The notes: generated by a model not told the origin, from the letters alone. DNA of 33,825 bases from Candidatus Heimdallarchaeota archaeon (GCA_048881705.1 JBHLSH010000041.1:1-33825); one strand, 5' to 3'; shown: positions 18,263-28,157, counted from the stretch's first letter. A program made the numbers and translations.

Positions 18263-20044
18263 TTAGATGGACTCGTCTACAAGGGTTTGAAATTCGAGGA
18301 GAAGCTTTTCAAGATAGTCGAATCCAGCCTGCCAGAACTTCTCATCTGATAAGTCAATCCCAACTGAAGCGGCGAGATCAAGGGGAAATTGTGAGCCGCC
18401 AGCTTTGAGAACTGCCTTGTAACTGGGGATAAACACCTCGCCTTCTTCCAGATACTTCTGGAATAGACCTAGCACAAACAACATACCAAAGCTATAGGCG
18501 TAGCAGTAGAATCGTGTTGTAATAAAATGGGGAATCGTTGCCCAGTTCCAGCTCTGCTCTGGTAAGAAATCAACGACCTCTCCGTAGGTTTGTATTACAT
18601 GTTTATCCCAAATATCACACATTTCTTTGCCAGAGAGGCTTCTGGTTCCCCCCGTCTCATGGCATTCTTTCTCAAATCCGATATACATTATCTGCCTAGA
18701 GATAGTTACAATGGCGTCTTCTAAAATCCGTCCTAAAAGTTTTAATTTCCCGTCCCTATCAGTAAACTCCTTTAACAACTCTTGAATAACCAGCTGTTCT
18801 CCAAAAACACTGGCGGTTTCAGCTGTAACGAGTGGAGGAGAATAATTCAGTTTAGTCTGCTTTTGCCCAGCAAACAAATCATGTAGAGCATGTCCCATTT
18901 CATGTCCTAATGTCATTACTGATTCAGGGGTTTCATCAAATGACATGAGAATGACGGGATCCAATTCGGGATTAATCCCAGCGCAAAACGCACCAGTCAT
19001 CTTATCTTTCCTTACTTCAGAATCTATTCGATTTCTGTCAAAAATACCCTTGGCCATCTCCCCCATCTCAATATCAAAATCAGAATACGATTCTAGAACC
19101 TTTCTTTTGGCCTCATCCCACGTATATTTGACCTCTTTTCCGATTGGTGCATAAAGATCAGATCCCTTGATTTTGTCTCCACTTCCAAGAAGCTTTGCCT
19201 TTACTTTGTAATATTTCTGGACTAGCTGAGAATTCCTGCGTACAACCTCAATCATCCTCATCACGATCTCCTCATCGGTCTGATTTCGAAGGTGCGCTAC
19301 TGTCATTGTTGCTGGCCAATTTCTAAGAGATTTGTTTTGGAAATGGTCTCTCCAGATATTATTGAAAGCGTGAGTGATCGCGATAGACTCGTCGGCATAC
19401 TTCTGGTAATAAGTTCGGAACGCTCGCTCACGAACTAGTGGATCTGGATGCTGAAACAGGGGACGTATCTCACCTGGTGACAGATTTTTTATCACACCAT
19501 TGATCTTCATTTCAAATCGGAAGGAGGAGGTATATTCGCTATAGAATTTGTACCAGGCAGATACTCCCACCAATCGCTTCCATGAAAGAGCTTGTTCAAC
19601 TTTTTCTTCTAGCATATACGGCTTAGAAAGGCGAAGAACCATTATAAAATGGTGATAGTTTGCTAGCGAGGGGTCCAAGAGATATTTCTCTACAATCCTA
19701 TCGTCCATTTTTCCTAATTCCAACTCACCCCAAACAAGCTGGTTACGGATTTCCACTGACAAACCTTGAATTTCAGTGTCGAGCGATTTAAAATCATCAT
19801 TAGAGGTTTCTTGCGCAAAAAGAAGAGACGCAAATCCACCAGCTCGAGATAAAATGGCGTAAATCTCCTCCACTTGTTGAAAAAAGTCCAATAGATCTTT
19901 TGATGATATTTCGCCATTCTGTATTTTTCCGCGGTGTTTTTCCGTTAAATGCTGGGCGATTTCTTCAGCCCTCTTCAAATCTGTTCTGATCTGGGGGTCA
20001 TTCGTACCTTGATATAAAAAACCTAAATCCCATTTAGTTGTCAT
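18263..20044 (-). CDS. pepF: Oligoendopeptidase F (peptidase family M3B)
   Basis: WDLGFLY N-terminus, KMTGAFC, zinc motif TLGHEMGHALH, AETASVFGE, WATIPHF..FYCYAYSFG. Confidence 0.94.
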   Translation of the reverse strand: MTTKWDLGFLYQGTNDPQIRTDLKRAEEIAQHLTEKHRGKIQNGEISSKDLLDFFQQVEEIYAILSRAGGFASLLFAQETSNDDFKSLDTEIQGLSVEIRNQLVWGELELGKMDDRIVEKYLLDPSLANYHHFIMVLRLSKPYMLEEKVEQALSWKRLVGVSAWYKFYSEYTSSFRFEMKINGVIKNLSPGEIRPLFQHPDPLVRERAFRTYYQKYADESIAITHAFNNIWRDHFQNKSLRNWPATMTVAHLRNQTDEEIVMRMIEVVRRNSQLVQKYYKVKAKLLGSGDKIKGSDLYAPIGKEVKYTWDEAKRKVLESYSDFDIEMGEMAKGIFDRNRIDSEVRKDKMTGAFCAGINPELDPVILMSFDETPESVMTLGHEMGHALHDLFAGQKQTKLNYSPPLVTAETASVFGEQLVIQELLKEFTDRDGKLKLLGRILEDAIVTISRQIMYIGFEKECHETGGTRSLSGKEMCDIWDKHVIQTYGEVVDFLPEQSWNWATIPHFITTRFYCYAYSFGMLFVLGLFQKYLEEGEVFIPSYKAVLKAGGSQFPLDLAASVGIDLSDEKFWQAGFDYLEKLLLEFQTLVDESI

Positions 20045-20262
20045 GCGAACTAAACTCCGATAATGGCTGTGATAGGCTTCCGTTTTCGTTCCGTTAAAAG
20101 AATTATATACGGAAAATAGAAGGGGTGTAAGAATCTGATCGAATTGGGAGTACGCAGGTTATTATGTAGTTAATTCACATCCTAAAAAGCCTTAAATAGA
20201 ACTGAGGACATCATTCTCTCCAACACACAAAAAAGAGACTTAGAACTAGTTGGGATCTAAAA

Positions 20263-21543
20263 ATGAAAACTCAATTACTTGAAGATGACATCTTGAATGC
20301 AATGAGTCTGGAACGACAGTACTCTGTCTTCAATGCTAATTTCATGATGTTGCTTGAGGAGGAGGATAAACAATTCGTCCAAGAAATTCAACATCTATGT
20401 TTAGAACAGGATGAAAAGATTGGCGGCGTTCCTGGCCATAACAATGCTGATGTTTATGATTGGTTTCCATGGGCAGGGAAGCATGGCCTGATAAATAGGT
20501 CAACTGAGTACCCCCACCGTGATGATCTCAAGATCGGCTTGAAACCAGAAATTCTCAGACAGTGGACCATGGATATTTTTAATCCACAGTTTTCCATGGC
20601 TCTCGGCGCATCAGTCCTTAACATAAATCCAATCGCTCATCACTATAAGGAAAAAGACAATCCCGAACCTCTCCGTAAAGATCTCGAAGGATTATTTGAC
20701 GGAACCAAAATCGGATGTATCGGGATTACAGAGATTAATCGGGGATCTGATGCCGTCAACATGACAGTCAAGGCCGAAAAAGCAGATAATGGTATTGTAA
20801 TCAATGGTACGAAGTGCTATACCACGAATTCTCCGAAAGCTGATATGTGTGCGGTTTATGCCGTGTATAACGAAGAGGATACCCGTAATACAATGGTTCA
20901 AGGGATTTCACATAAGGAATGGAATCGTGGATTTAGAGCAGAAAGATTGGGCATCCCTGCTGTTTCTAAGGTTCACATTGGAAAGACTATATTCGAAGAT
21001 GCTCTTATTCCCTTTGATTACGTCACTGGAGATGATGGGAAGGGTTACGAAATCCTTTTTGAAGGATTAGTACCGGAAAGAATCGGAATTGCGGCAGAAT
21101 GCGTAGGAAATATGTGGGGTGCTTTCACACTTGCATCAATTTATACCACAATTAGAAAACAATTCGGCGAAAAGATATTGAGACACCAGGCCATAGGCAT
21201 GAGCGTTATGGCTAAATACCATGCTCGTCTTTCAATGGCTACTATGGCACTCCTCAAACTTGCGGAAACCTACGATGCAAAAGCACATGAGTTGGTTGGA
21301 ATTCCAGTAACAATGAATCCTTTCGTTGCTACTGCCTCCCACATGAAGGAGTATTGTGCATATCTAAATCATGAATTGTGCTACGAACTAATGCACGCCA
21401 TGGGCGGTACCGGGGTGACTGATCAAACAAGGATGCCTATGTATCAAGGGTTATCGGAAATTTCCGAGGTCGTAGGAGGTACGAGGAACGTCCAGTTATT
21501 GATCGGTTCACGTACAATAAATACAATGGTAAAAATGGCATAA
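20263..21543 (+). CDS. Acyl-CoA dehydrogenase
   Basis: GCIGITEINRGSDA, INGTKCYTTN, GDDGKGYEI, LVPERIGIAA, RKQFGEKILRHQAI, HAMGGTG, EVVGGTRNVQ. Confidence 0.92.
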   Translation: MKTQLLEDDILNAMSLERQYSVFNANFMMLLEEEDKQFVQEIQHLCLEQDEKIGGVPGHNNADVYDWFPWAGKHGLINRSTEYPHRDDLKIGLKPEILRQWTMDIFNPQFSMALGASVLNINPIAHHYKEKDNPEPLRKDLEGLFDGTKIGCIGITEINRGSDAVNMTVKAEKADNGIVINGTKCYTTNSPKADMCAVYAVYNEEDTRNTMVQGISHKEWNRGFRAERLGIPAVSKVHIGKTIFEDALIPFDYVTGDDGKGYEILFEGLVPERIGIAAECVGNMWGAFTLASIYTTIRKQFGEKILRHQAIGMSVMAKYHARLSMATMALLKLAETYDAKAHELVGIPVTMNPFVATASHMKEYCAYLNHELCYELMHAMGGTGVTDQTRMPMYQGLSEISEVVGGTRNVQLLIGSRTINTMVKMA

Positions 21544-21570
21544 TCTAAGGTTATTCATCTTAGATATACC

Positions 21571-21579
21571 TTTTTTTTT
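21571..21579 (+). terminator. Candidate oligo-T terminator of the acyl-CoA dehydrogenase gene
   Basis: T9 tract 28 bp after the stop at 21543, followed by further T runs. Confidence 0.5.
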
Positions 21580-21799
21580 CTTATTTTCCAACTGGTCTTC
21601 TGGGGATAGGTTCTTTTTGAATATGTCGGGTAACGATTTATATCGTCTTTAATCAAAATGTAACAAATTACGATCCTAACGAATTCCTCGGATGAATTCT
21701 TCAGGTGGTTTTTTTTAAGGGGGTTGACCATTAGTTCACTTGAACAGAGTCATATTCTTATCAAAGAAACCAATAGATTAACAAACTGATTGTACGAAT

Positions 21800-22684
21800 G
21801 TGGAAAGAGTGACATTGCTTGCAGTTAGATTATTGGATTCAGACAATTCAGTAGTTCTATCTACCATGGGATTTACTCTAGAATCAAGTATATCAGAAAT
21901 TTTACCTTTTATTCGTTCCTTACAAGCGAAAAAATCTTCCAATCAGATTATAATCAATCAAGACAAACTAATTGCTTTTCAATCTGTTGGATCCAAACTA
22001 CTGGTGGCTACCGCTACCTCTACAATGGCCATAAATAAAATTCGAAAATTTTTAGCCGTACTTTCGAGAACTGTTTCAAACATATCATCATATGAGGAAT
22101 ATAGGCGGATTGGCGATTTCGAATTCCTTTGTAGAACTGTTCTTGCCGTGGTAGATGCCATACCACGGGTGACTATTGCATTGACTGGTCTAGCTCAGTC
22201 AGGAAAAACAACTTTTACACGGTTTTTCACAAATGGACAACCATTAAGAGAATTCGCTACATATAGACCAACCAGATTATTAGAAATGGTAGAAGTAGCA
22301 GAGATTAAAGAAATTCCTTTTGGCTTGCGGTTCATTGACCTCAGCAGCAGCTTCCAACCTTTTTGGTATTTGTTTAATCAGATTTCTGATGCTTTCATTT
22401 TCTTTGTTGATTGTTCAAAGCGCGATCAAATGCAAAAAGCTCAAGAGTGTTTTCTGGATTTACGTACTTTTTGGGACAAACCATATTGTATAGCAGCAAA
22501 CAAAAAGGATTTGAGTACGGTGAAGGACTTAAAAAGGTTTATTGCCCGTAGATTCCAAGTTCCCACTAATAGGGTTTTCGCAACTGAAACTCTCACAGGT
22601 GAAGGTATTATGCCCCTTCTGGAATCCCTACTTAATTCCGGAATTAATACAGAAAATGAGCTAGTATTAGACCTCAATTCGTGA
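21800..22684 (+). CDS. Arf/Rag-like small GTPase with an N-terminal approximately 120-aa domain (possibly longin/roadblock-like)
   Basis: P-loop GLAQSGKTT (22187-22213), switch I YRPT, degenerate G3 DLSS, FIFFVDCS, G4 NKKD, G5-like TETLTGEGI. Confidence 0.85.
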   Translation: MERVTLLAVRLLDSDNSVVLSTMGFTLESSISEILPFIRSLQAKKSSNQIIINQDKLIAFQSVGSKLLVATATSTMAINKIRKFLAVLSRTVSNISSYEEYRRIGDFEFLCRTVLAVVDAIPRVTIALTGLAQSGKTTFTRFFTNGQPLREFATYRPTRLLEMVEVAEIKEIPFGLRFIDLSSSFQPFWYLFNQISDAFIFFVDCSKRDQMQKAQECFLDLRTFWDKPYCIAANKKDLSTVKDLKRFIARRFQVPTNRVFATETLTGEGIMPLLESLLNSGINTENELVLDLNS

Positions 22685-22766
22685 TTAAACTATATTCAAT
22701 ATCATTGACAATTGTTTTATTCTAGTTAATCAGATCTAGGTACTGTAAACATGGCTGGCAAGGCCC

Positions 22767-24071
22767 ATGAAAGATCGAGATGACGTGATGGAAGACAGAC
22801 AAATCAAGCGCCAGCTTGAAGCAGTCGTTGCGGTCACAAGGGCGTTTATAAGGCATGATTTCGACACTATGCTACAAAAAGTTTTAACAGCGATCTGTGA
22901 TATGGTTTCCGCAAAATATGGAGCCATTTACCTCCTTGAAAACCAAATCGTCACTCTTGCCGTAGAAATCGGTGCATCAGAAGATCTCATCAGAACGGTC
23001 AAGCACCAGAAATTACCTGAGTCTCAGACCATATCATCAAAGCGGCCGACTGGTTTGGCTGCGCAAACAATTGTGTACAAGAAAACAATTATTCTTGGTC
23101 ATGACGCCATCTCCTCCTTTATGGAAGAAAAAAAGTGGTCAGAATATGCTGGCGAAGTGGTTCGTAGCTTGGGAATTACCGATATACTCTCCACACCGAT
23201 TTTTTCAAAAAATAAGGAATTTGGGGTTATACAACTTGCTCGAATTGTTAACAAACCCTTTTCTTCCCAGGAGATCGATTTGATTGAATCCTTTGCCCAG
23301 GAACTGGCCATAGTATTCGCAGAAAAAGAAACTCGAAGGGAGACAACAGAATTAAGAAAAGATCTAGATTTTTTCATCGATCTAATTTCTCATGACATTT
23401 CTTCGCAGGCGATGATTACACATTCTTGTCTCGAAGAATTACAGAGATTTTTTGAAACAAACAGTTTATTTGAAAGCGAACCTGATCTCAAGTTCTTCAT
23501 GGAAGCTTCTCGACAGAGCATTTTGCACGTGCAGCATGTTATAGATCAGGTGAAACTTTTGAACCGAGTAAGACTTCTCATTCCAGAGGAAATAAAGCCG
23601 TTTGACTTGATCCAGTCAATTAAGAGAGCAATCGTTGCAATAACCAGTTTGTATCCAAGAGAGGATATACGTATTGCTTTTAATAAGTCTGAGATCGATT
23701 GTTGGGCGCGCGGCTCCGAACTGGTGGATAACTGTTTAATTAATCTGTTTCAGAACGCCGTTTTAGCGGATCCTAAACCTGTGAAGAATATCAATATCAA
23801 AATATCACTTGACACGGAAAATGAAGAGAATTGGAAAATAGAAATCGCCGATCACGGCGAAGGGATTCCCGATTCAGTAAAACCTAAGATTTTTGACCGA
23901 TATTTTAGATCTCGCACTCGCTCCAAAGGTTCAGGGCTTGGCCTATATTTGGTACGAAGGATCTTGGAAACACATGGAGGATCTATTCGGGTAGAAGATA
24001 GATTTTATGGAGATTACACCAAAGGAGCGCGTTTTATACTTAAACTCCCTCGTTCGATCCCAGAATCCTAA
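22767..24071 (+). CDS. Cytoplasmic GAF-domain sensor histidine kinase
   Basis: GAF (YGAIYLLE..ILSTPIFSKNKEFGVIQL..FSSQEIDLIESFAQELAI), H-box LISHDI, N-box LINLFQNAV, G1 IADHGEGIP, G2 GSGLGLYLVRRILETHGG. No TM segment. Confidence 0.93.
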   Translation: MKDRDDVMEDRQIKRQLEAVVAVTRAFIRHDFDTMLQKVLTAICDMVSAKYGAIYLLENQIVTLAVEIGASEDLIRTVKHQKLPESQTISSKRPTGLAAQTIVYKKTIILGHDAISSFMEEKKWSEYAGEVVRSLGITDILSTPIFSKNKEFGVIQLARIVNKPFSSQEIDLIESFAQELAIVFAEKETRRETTELRKDLDFFIDLISHDISSQAMITHSCLEELQRFFETNSLFESEPDLKFFMEASRQSILHVQHVIDQVKLLNRVRLLIPEEIKPFDLIQSIKRAIVAITSLYPREDIRIAFNKSEIDCWARGSELVDNCLINLFQNAVLADPKPVKNINIKISLDTENEENWKIEIADHGEGIPDSVKPKIFDRYFRSRTRSKGSGLGLYLVRRILETHGGSIRVEDRFYGDYTKGARFILKLPRSIPES

Positions 24072-24133
24072 TCGTTTCTATTTCCAACCATCAAGCAAAG
24101 GATCCACGGCAGTACTTAACAAATGGGGTGTTA

Positions 24134-25888
24134 TTACTCCAGCACTTCTTCCTTAATTACACGTCTCAGAACTTTGCCAACGAGGCTGGTGGGTAGCGAT
24201 TCTCTGAATTCTACTGTCCTTGGACGTTTGTATCCGGCCATTTTATCTTTACACCACTCGAGAATTTCAGCCTCAGTAGCTTCCTCACCTTCTTTTAATA
24301 CCAGATAAGCCGCTACATATTCATTGGTCGGGTCATCTTCACGCGGTAAACCTATCACGGCCGCCAATTGAACCTTAGGATGTTCATAGAAGATATCCTC
24401 TATCTCTCGGGGGTACGCTTTCAAACCTGATACATTAATCATATCTTTTTTCCGATCAGTAATCACAAGATAGCCCTCTTCATCTAGATGCCCAATATCC
24501 CCTGATAAAAAGAATCTCAGACCATCTAATTCTCGCATCACTTCATTTGTCGCATCGAGTCTCTTCCAATATCCTTTCATTACCTGTGGGCCAGCTATGG
24601 CGACTTCACCATCCTCACCATGAGGTAATTCTTTCCTTCCAGTCTCTAAATCCACAATTTTGATAACAGTGTCCGATATTGGAAACCCGATTGCACCGAA
24701 TTTTCGTGTCTTTTTGTTCGTGGGACTTATAACTGCTGCAGGGGAGGTTTCCGATAGGCCATAACCTTCAAATATAACTCCTCCAGTCACTCTCTCCCAT
24801 TCTTTGGCTAATTCGGGAGCTAGCGGAGCAGCACCAGAACCAGCTCCACGAAGAGTTGTTAAGTCATATTCATCAACTTTAGGATGATTCACGATTGCAG
24901 AGTAGATTGTTGGAACCGCATGTAGAACAGTTCCGTTATATTTATCAATTGCTTCCAACACCACGGTCAGGGGAGGATCTCCTGCACGGGGATCTGGAAT
25001 AGGGATGATGGTTGCTCCAATCAAAGCACCTGTCACTAGAGTCAATGTTAATCCGTAAGAATGGTACCAGGGCAAAGCCCCAATAAAGACCTCTTTTGCG
25101 TAACGGAATGGTTCTGGAGGGCCGCCATCGTCAGGAACCAGTTGAACCCATTCGTTGATCTGAAGGACATTGCTGTACATGTTATGATGGGTAATCATTA
25201 CTCCCTTGGGAACACCTGTTGTCCCACCAGTGTAGATCAACATGGCCAGGTCTTCTTTAGGATTGATAGTAACGTTAGGTTTTTTGGGGGCGTATGAGGA
25301 AACAATATCCTTGAAAAATATGGTTTTATCTTCCTCATAAAATGGAGATTTGGGAATCTGTCCCGTAAGACCACCGATAAATCCAATCAATTTTGATTGA
25401 AACTCTTTTACGCTACAAACTACAACATGATTTACTTTGGTTCCCTTAATAGCTTCGTATGTCTTCGGAGTAAAGTTCTCATGGTCTAGACAGAATACCA
25501 TTACTGCCTCGGAATCTTTTAACTGATAGGATAATTCATCTTGTGTATAACTTGGGTTACACGTTACCGCTGTTGCACCAGCCTTTAAAATCCCAAAAAA
25601 TACTGCTGGATAGTGCGGGGTGTTAGGTAGAAACAATGCTACCTTATCTCCCTTCTTGATCCCTTTAGAAGCAAGGAAATTAGCTACTTTATCACTAAGT
25701 TCGTTTATTTCCAGATAAGTTGTCGTCTTCCCGCCTTTCACATGAAACTTAGTAAAGGCTAGTTCGGGGCTTTTGGCTGCTGTATTCTCCAAAATCTTGA
25801 ACAAAGGTTCGTTAGGATAGTCTAATGTCTTTTTAACAGTTTCAGGCCATTTGTGCTTGTGCCAGATGTATTCTTCCATTATAATCAC
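24134..25888 (-). CDS. Long-chain-fatty-acid--CoA ligase (FadD/LcfB-type AMP-binding enzyme)
   Basis: YTGGTTGVPKG, ALPWYHSYG, EGYGLSETSP, GPQVMKGYW, SGDIG..DRKKDMINVSG, LVGKVLRR. The start is GTG 25888 or ATG 25879. Confidence 0.94.
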   Translation of the reverse strand: MIIMEEYIWHKHKWPETVKKTLDYPNEPLFKILENTAAKSPELAFTKFHVKGGKTTTYLEINELSDKVANFLASKGIKKGDKVALFLPNTPHYPAVFFGILKAGATAVTCNPSYTQDELSYQLKDSEAVMVFCLDHENFTPKTYEAIKGTKVNHVVVCSVKEFQSKLIGFIGGLTGQIPKSPFYEEDKTIFFKDIVSSYAPKKPNVTINPKEDLAMLIYTGGTTGVPKGVMITHHNMYSNVLQINEWVQLVPDDGGPPEPFRYAKEVFIGALPWYHSYGLTLTLVTGALIGATIIPIPDPRAGDPPLTVVLEAIDKYNGTVLHAVPTIYSAIVNHPKVDEYDLTTLRGAGSGAAPLAPELAKEWERVTGGVIFEGYGLSETSPAAVISPTNKKTRKFGAIGFPISDTVIKIVDLETGRKELPHGEDGEVAIAGPQVMKGYWKRLDATNEVMRELDGLRFFLSGDIGHLDEEGYLVITDRKKDMINVSGLKAYPREIEDIFYEHPKVQLAAVIGLPREDDPTNEYVAAYLVLKEGEEATEAEILEWCKDKMAGYKRPRTVEFRESLPTSLVGKVLRRVIKEEVLE

Positions 25889-26116
25889 ATCATTCGGTTA
25901 AATCGATCTAAGTTCTCGCGGAGAAAAATTTCATTTCCCTGTTTCTTTAAAAGATGAGCGCTTTTCCGTGATTTTTTTCTTTTTTTGAATTTTTTTTTGA
26001 ATTTTTGGCATGAGCTCCCCCCGCTTCTGAATTGATCTCGGAAAAGATACAACAAGTTCATGCCCTGAAAGATGCGATCCCATCAATTTAAAACTCAAGG
26101 AAGCAGGAGTCGTTAA

Positions 26117-26956
26117 CTATGGAGAAGTCAGATCATAATATTTGCCATCCTGGTTATAGATTAAACCTAGAGCCTCTAATTCACTTAAATGATGTTCAAC
26201 GTGATGTTTCTCGAAAATCATCCACATATCTTTGGGAGACGATGATACAAAAGGACTTCCTCCATAAATGAAAGCTTCATTGGCGATTTCCGACTCTCTG
26301 ACACCATGAGGATTCTTCGCAATAAACTCTCTGATTTTTCTCTGTCGGAGACCGAAATGACTTTCAAATCGTTCAATATATTCCAAGGCCTTTTCCCTTG
26401 TCAAGGGACGAGAATGGCTAGTCAAAACCCAGCGTATCTCATCATGTTCGCTAACGAATGTCCTTACTTTGCCAACGGATTCACGAAATGCAGGGAGACT
26501 TGCATTTTTCCATCCATACCACGGACCAAATCTCGCGGTAAGAACTATATCACCAATGAAGAGTATTTGATCATTCGGAGAGTAGAACCCAGTGTGGCCT
26601 GGCGAATGACCTGGTAGATGGATGAATTCTAGTGTGGTTGCCCCTAAATCGAGGGGATTTGTGTAATTCGTGGATTCTATGTAATCAAATCCAAGCTTAT
26701 CCCAGGATGAGATTCCATCCAAACCAATAAGCGCTAAAAATCTCTTAACCCACAATGAATAGCTTGTCTCGTCTAATTGATCCGTGGCATAACAATAACC
26801 AATAAAATCCTTTAAGGAACCCAAGGCCTTCTCTTCGACTGAATGAATAAGCTTTGGACGATCCTCAAACACCCAACCTCCAAAGGTATGATCTACGTGG
26901 TAATGTGAAAACAAGATTAAGTCTAACTCTGATAAGTAAGTTTCTTTCAACTTCAC
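26117..26956 (-). CDS. Metallo-beta-lactamase fold hydrolase with C-terminal winged helix; the true start lies upstream of the tracked GTG
   Basis: SHYHVDH (HxHxDH), PGHSPGH, FIGDI, LTSH. The frame stays open upstream to about 27154 and encodes SNSILINDEIKILIDTG (MBL motif 1). Confidence 0.88.
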   Translation of the reverse strand: MKLKETYLSELDLILFSHYHVDHTFGGWVFEDRPKLIHSVEEKALGSLKDFIGYCYATDQLDETSYSLWVKRFLALIGLDGISSWDKLGFDYIESTNYTNPLDLGATTLEFIHLPGHSPGHTGFYSPNDQILFIGDIVLTARFGPWYGWKNASLPAFRESVGKVRTFVSEHDEIRWVLTSHSRPLTREKALEYIERFESHFGLRQRKIREFIAKNPHGVRESEIANEAFIYGGSPFVSSSPKDMWMIFEKHHVEHHLSELEALGLIYNQDGKYYDLTSP

Positions 26957-27353
26957 GAGTCTTCCATCCTGAAATTGAAATCCAGTATCTATTAAAATTT
27001 TGATTTCATCATTTATTAGTATTGAATTTGAAGTTAACGTCCTATGCTTATCAGGTTGAACCAGCGTTATATTAGGCGAAAGATGGGTTACATTACTCGA
27101 TATTTTGGCGGCGATTTGCGCATCAGTTGATCTACCTGTCAGTTCAGAACCGTCCTAAATGGATTTGATTTGAAAACAGACTTTTCGCCAGTGAAACAAG
27201 CCGAATTGAAATTCTCTATGCATATCTCTAAATCATCCCGAAATTATTTATGGAACCCTGATTTTTTGTAGCGAATAATTAGATTATGTTACTGATTAAG
27301 CAATTTGATCAACTGGCAATCAAAATCAGAGATCAGAGTAACAATGGATCGAT

Positions 27354-28091
27354 TTAGACGCGGTCGGAGAAGAATTCTAGTAGCAATTCAAAACTGGAAA
27401 TATAAGATCTTGTGAATGCATCGGAATTGATCCGTGACCATTTTCCTTCTCTTAACTCGTCACTAATTATAACCAAGGAAGCCGAATTGATCGTTCTAAA
27501 CTGTGCAACAGCAAAAACAGCAGCTACTTCCATATCGATAGCTAGAACTCCTTTTGGTCGTAATTCATCAATCAGAGTGAATGTCTCTCTAAATGGCGCA
27601 TCGGTTGAACATATCTTCCCTTCACTTATGGCACAATGCCGTTTTGAGAAGAAGACTCGAATTTGGTCATGAAGGGGCTTTGACGGCTTACTTAGAGAAG
27701 TTGATGGCAAATAATGGTAACTTGTACCTTCTAATCGAATCGCTTCGGTAACGAGAAGTCTATCGCCAATTGAAGTGTGTTCTATTCCGCCCGCAAATCC
27801 TAGAAAGATAACCTCCCTTATTCCAAGTGCGATCAATGTTTCTAAGAACATAACAGTTGCCGGTGCTCCCATTGTCCCTTGGAAATATACTACATTATCT
27901 CCCATACGGTAGAGGCGAGTTCCCTGAAATATCCTAGGCAATTCCTTTACTTTCAGCTTTCGTAATGTATTCGGAAAATTGGAAAGAATGAAAGGAGAAA
28001 AAATCAATCGACTTGGAAGAGGTTGAGCTGCCTGGTAATAACTTACTTCTGGTTGGATATATGTTCTCGTGTCCGAGTCAAAGAATTCCAA
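27354..28091 (-). CDS. Nucleoside phosphorylase (PNP_UDP_1, uridine/purine phosphorylase family)
   Basis: MGAPATVMFLETLIALG, FLGFAGG, AIRLEGTSYHY, STDAPFRET, AIDMEVAAV, IISD. TTG start. Confidence 0.9.
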   Translation of the reverse strand: MEFFDSDTRTYIQPEVSYYQAAQPLPSRLIFSPFILSNFPNTLRKLKVKELPRIFQGTRLYRMGDNVVYFQGTMGAPATVMFLETLIALGIREVIFLGFAGGIEHTSIGDRLLVTEAIRLEGTSYHYLPSTSLSKPSKPLHDQIRVFFSKRHCAISEGKICSTDAPFRETFTLIDELRPKGVLAIDMEVAAVFAVAQFRTINSASLVIISDELREGKWSRINSDAFTRSYISSFELLLEFFSDRV

Positions 28092-28157
28092 AGCAATAAC
28101 CTAACCTTCAAGGATAAACAATGTTCTTAATAATCAAATGTTACGGTTTGTGAAGTT

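Noticed and set aside
25970-26010. Repeated TTTTTTGAAT tracts upstream of the acyl-CoA ligase
   Set aside because: There are only two or three low-complexity units with no spacers. It is not CRISPR-like and is probably promoter-proximal A-tract DNA.
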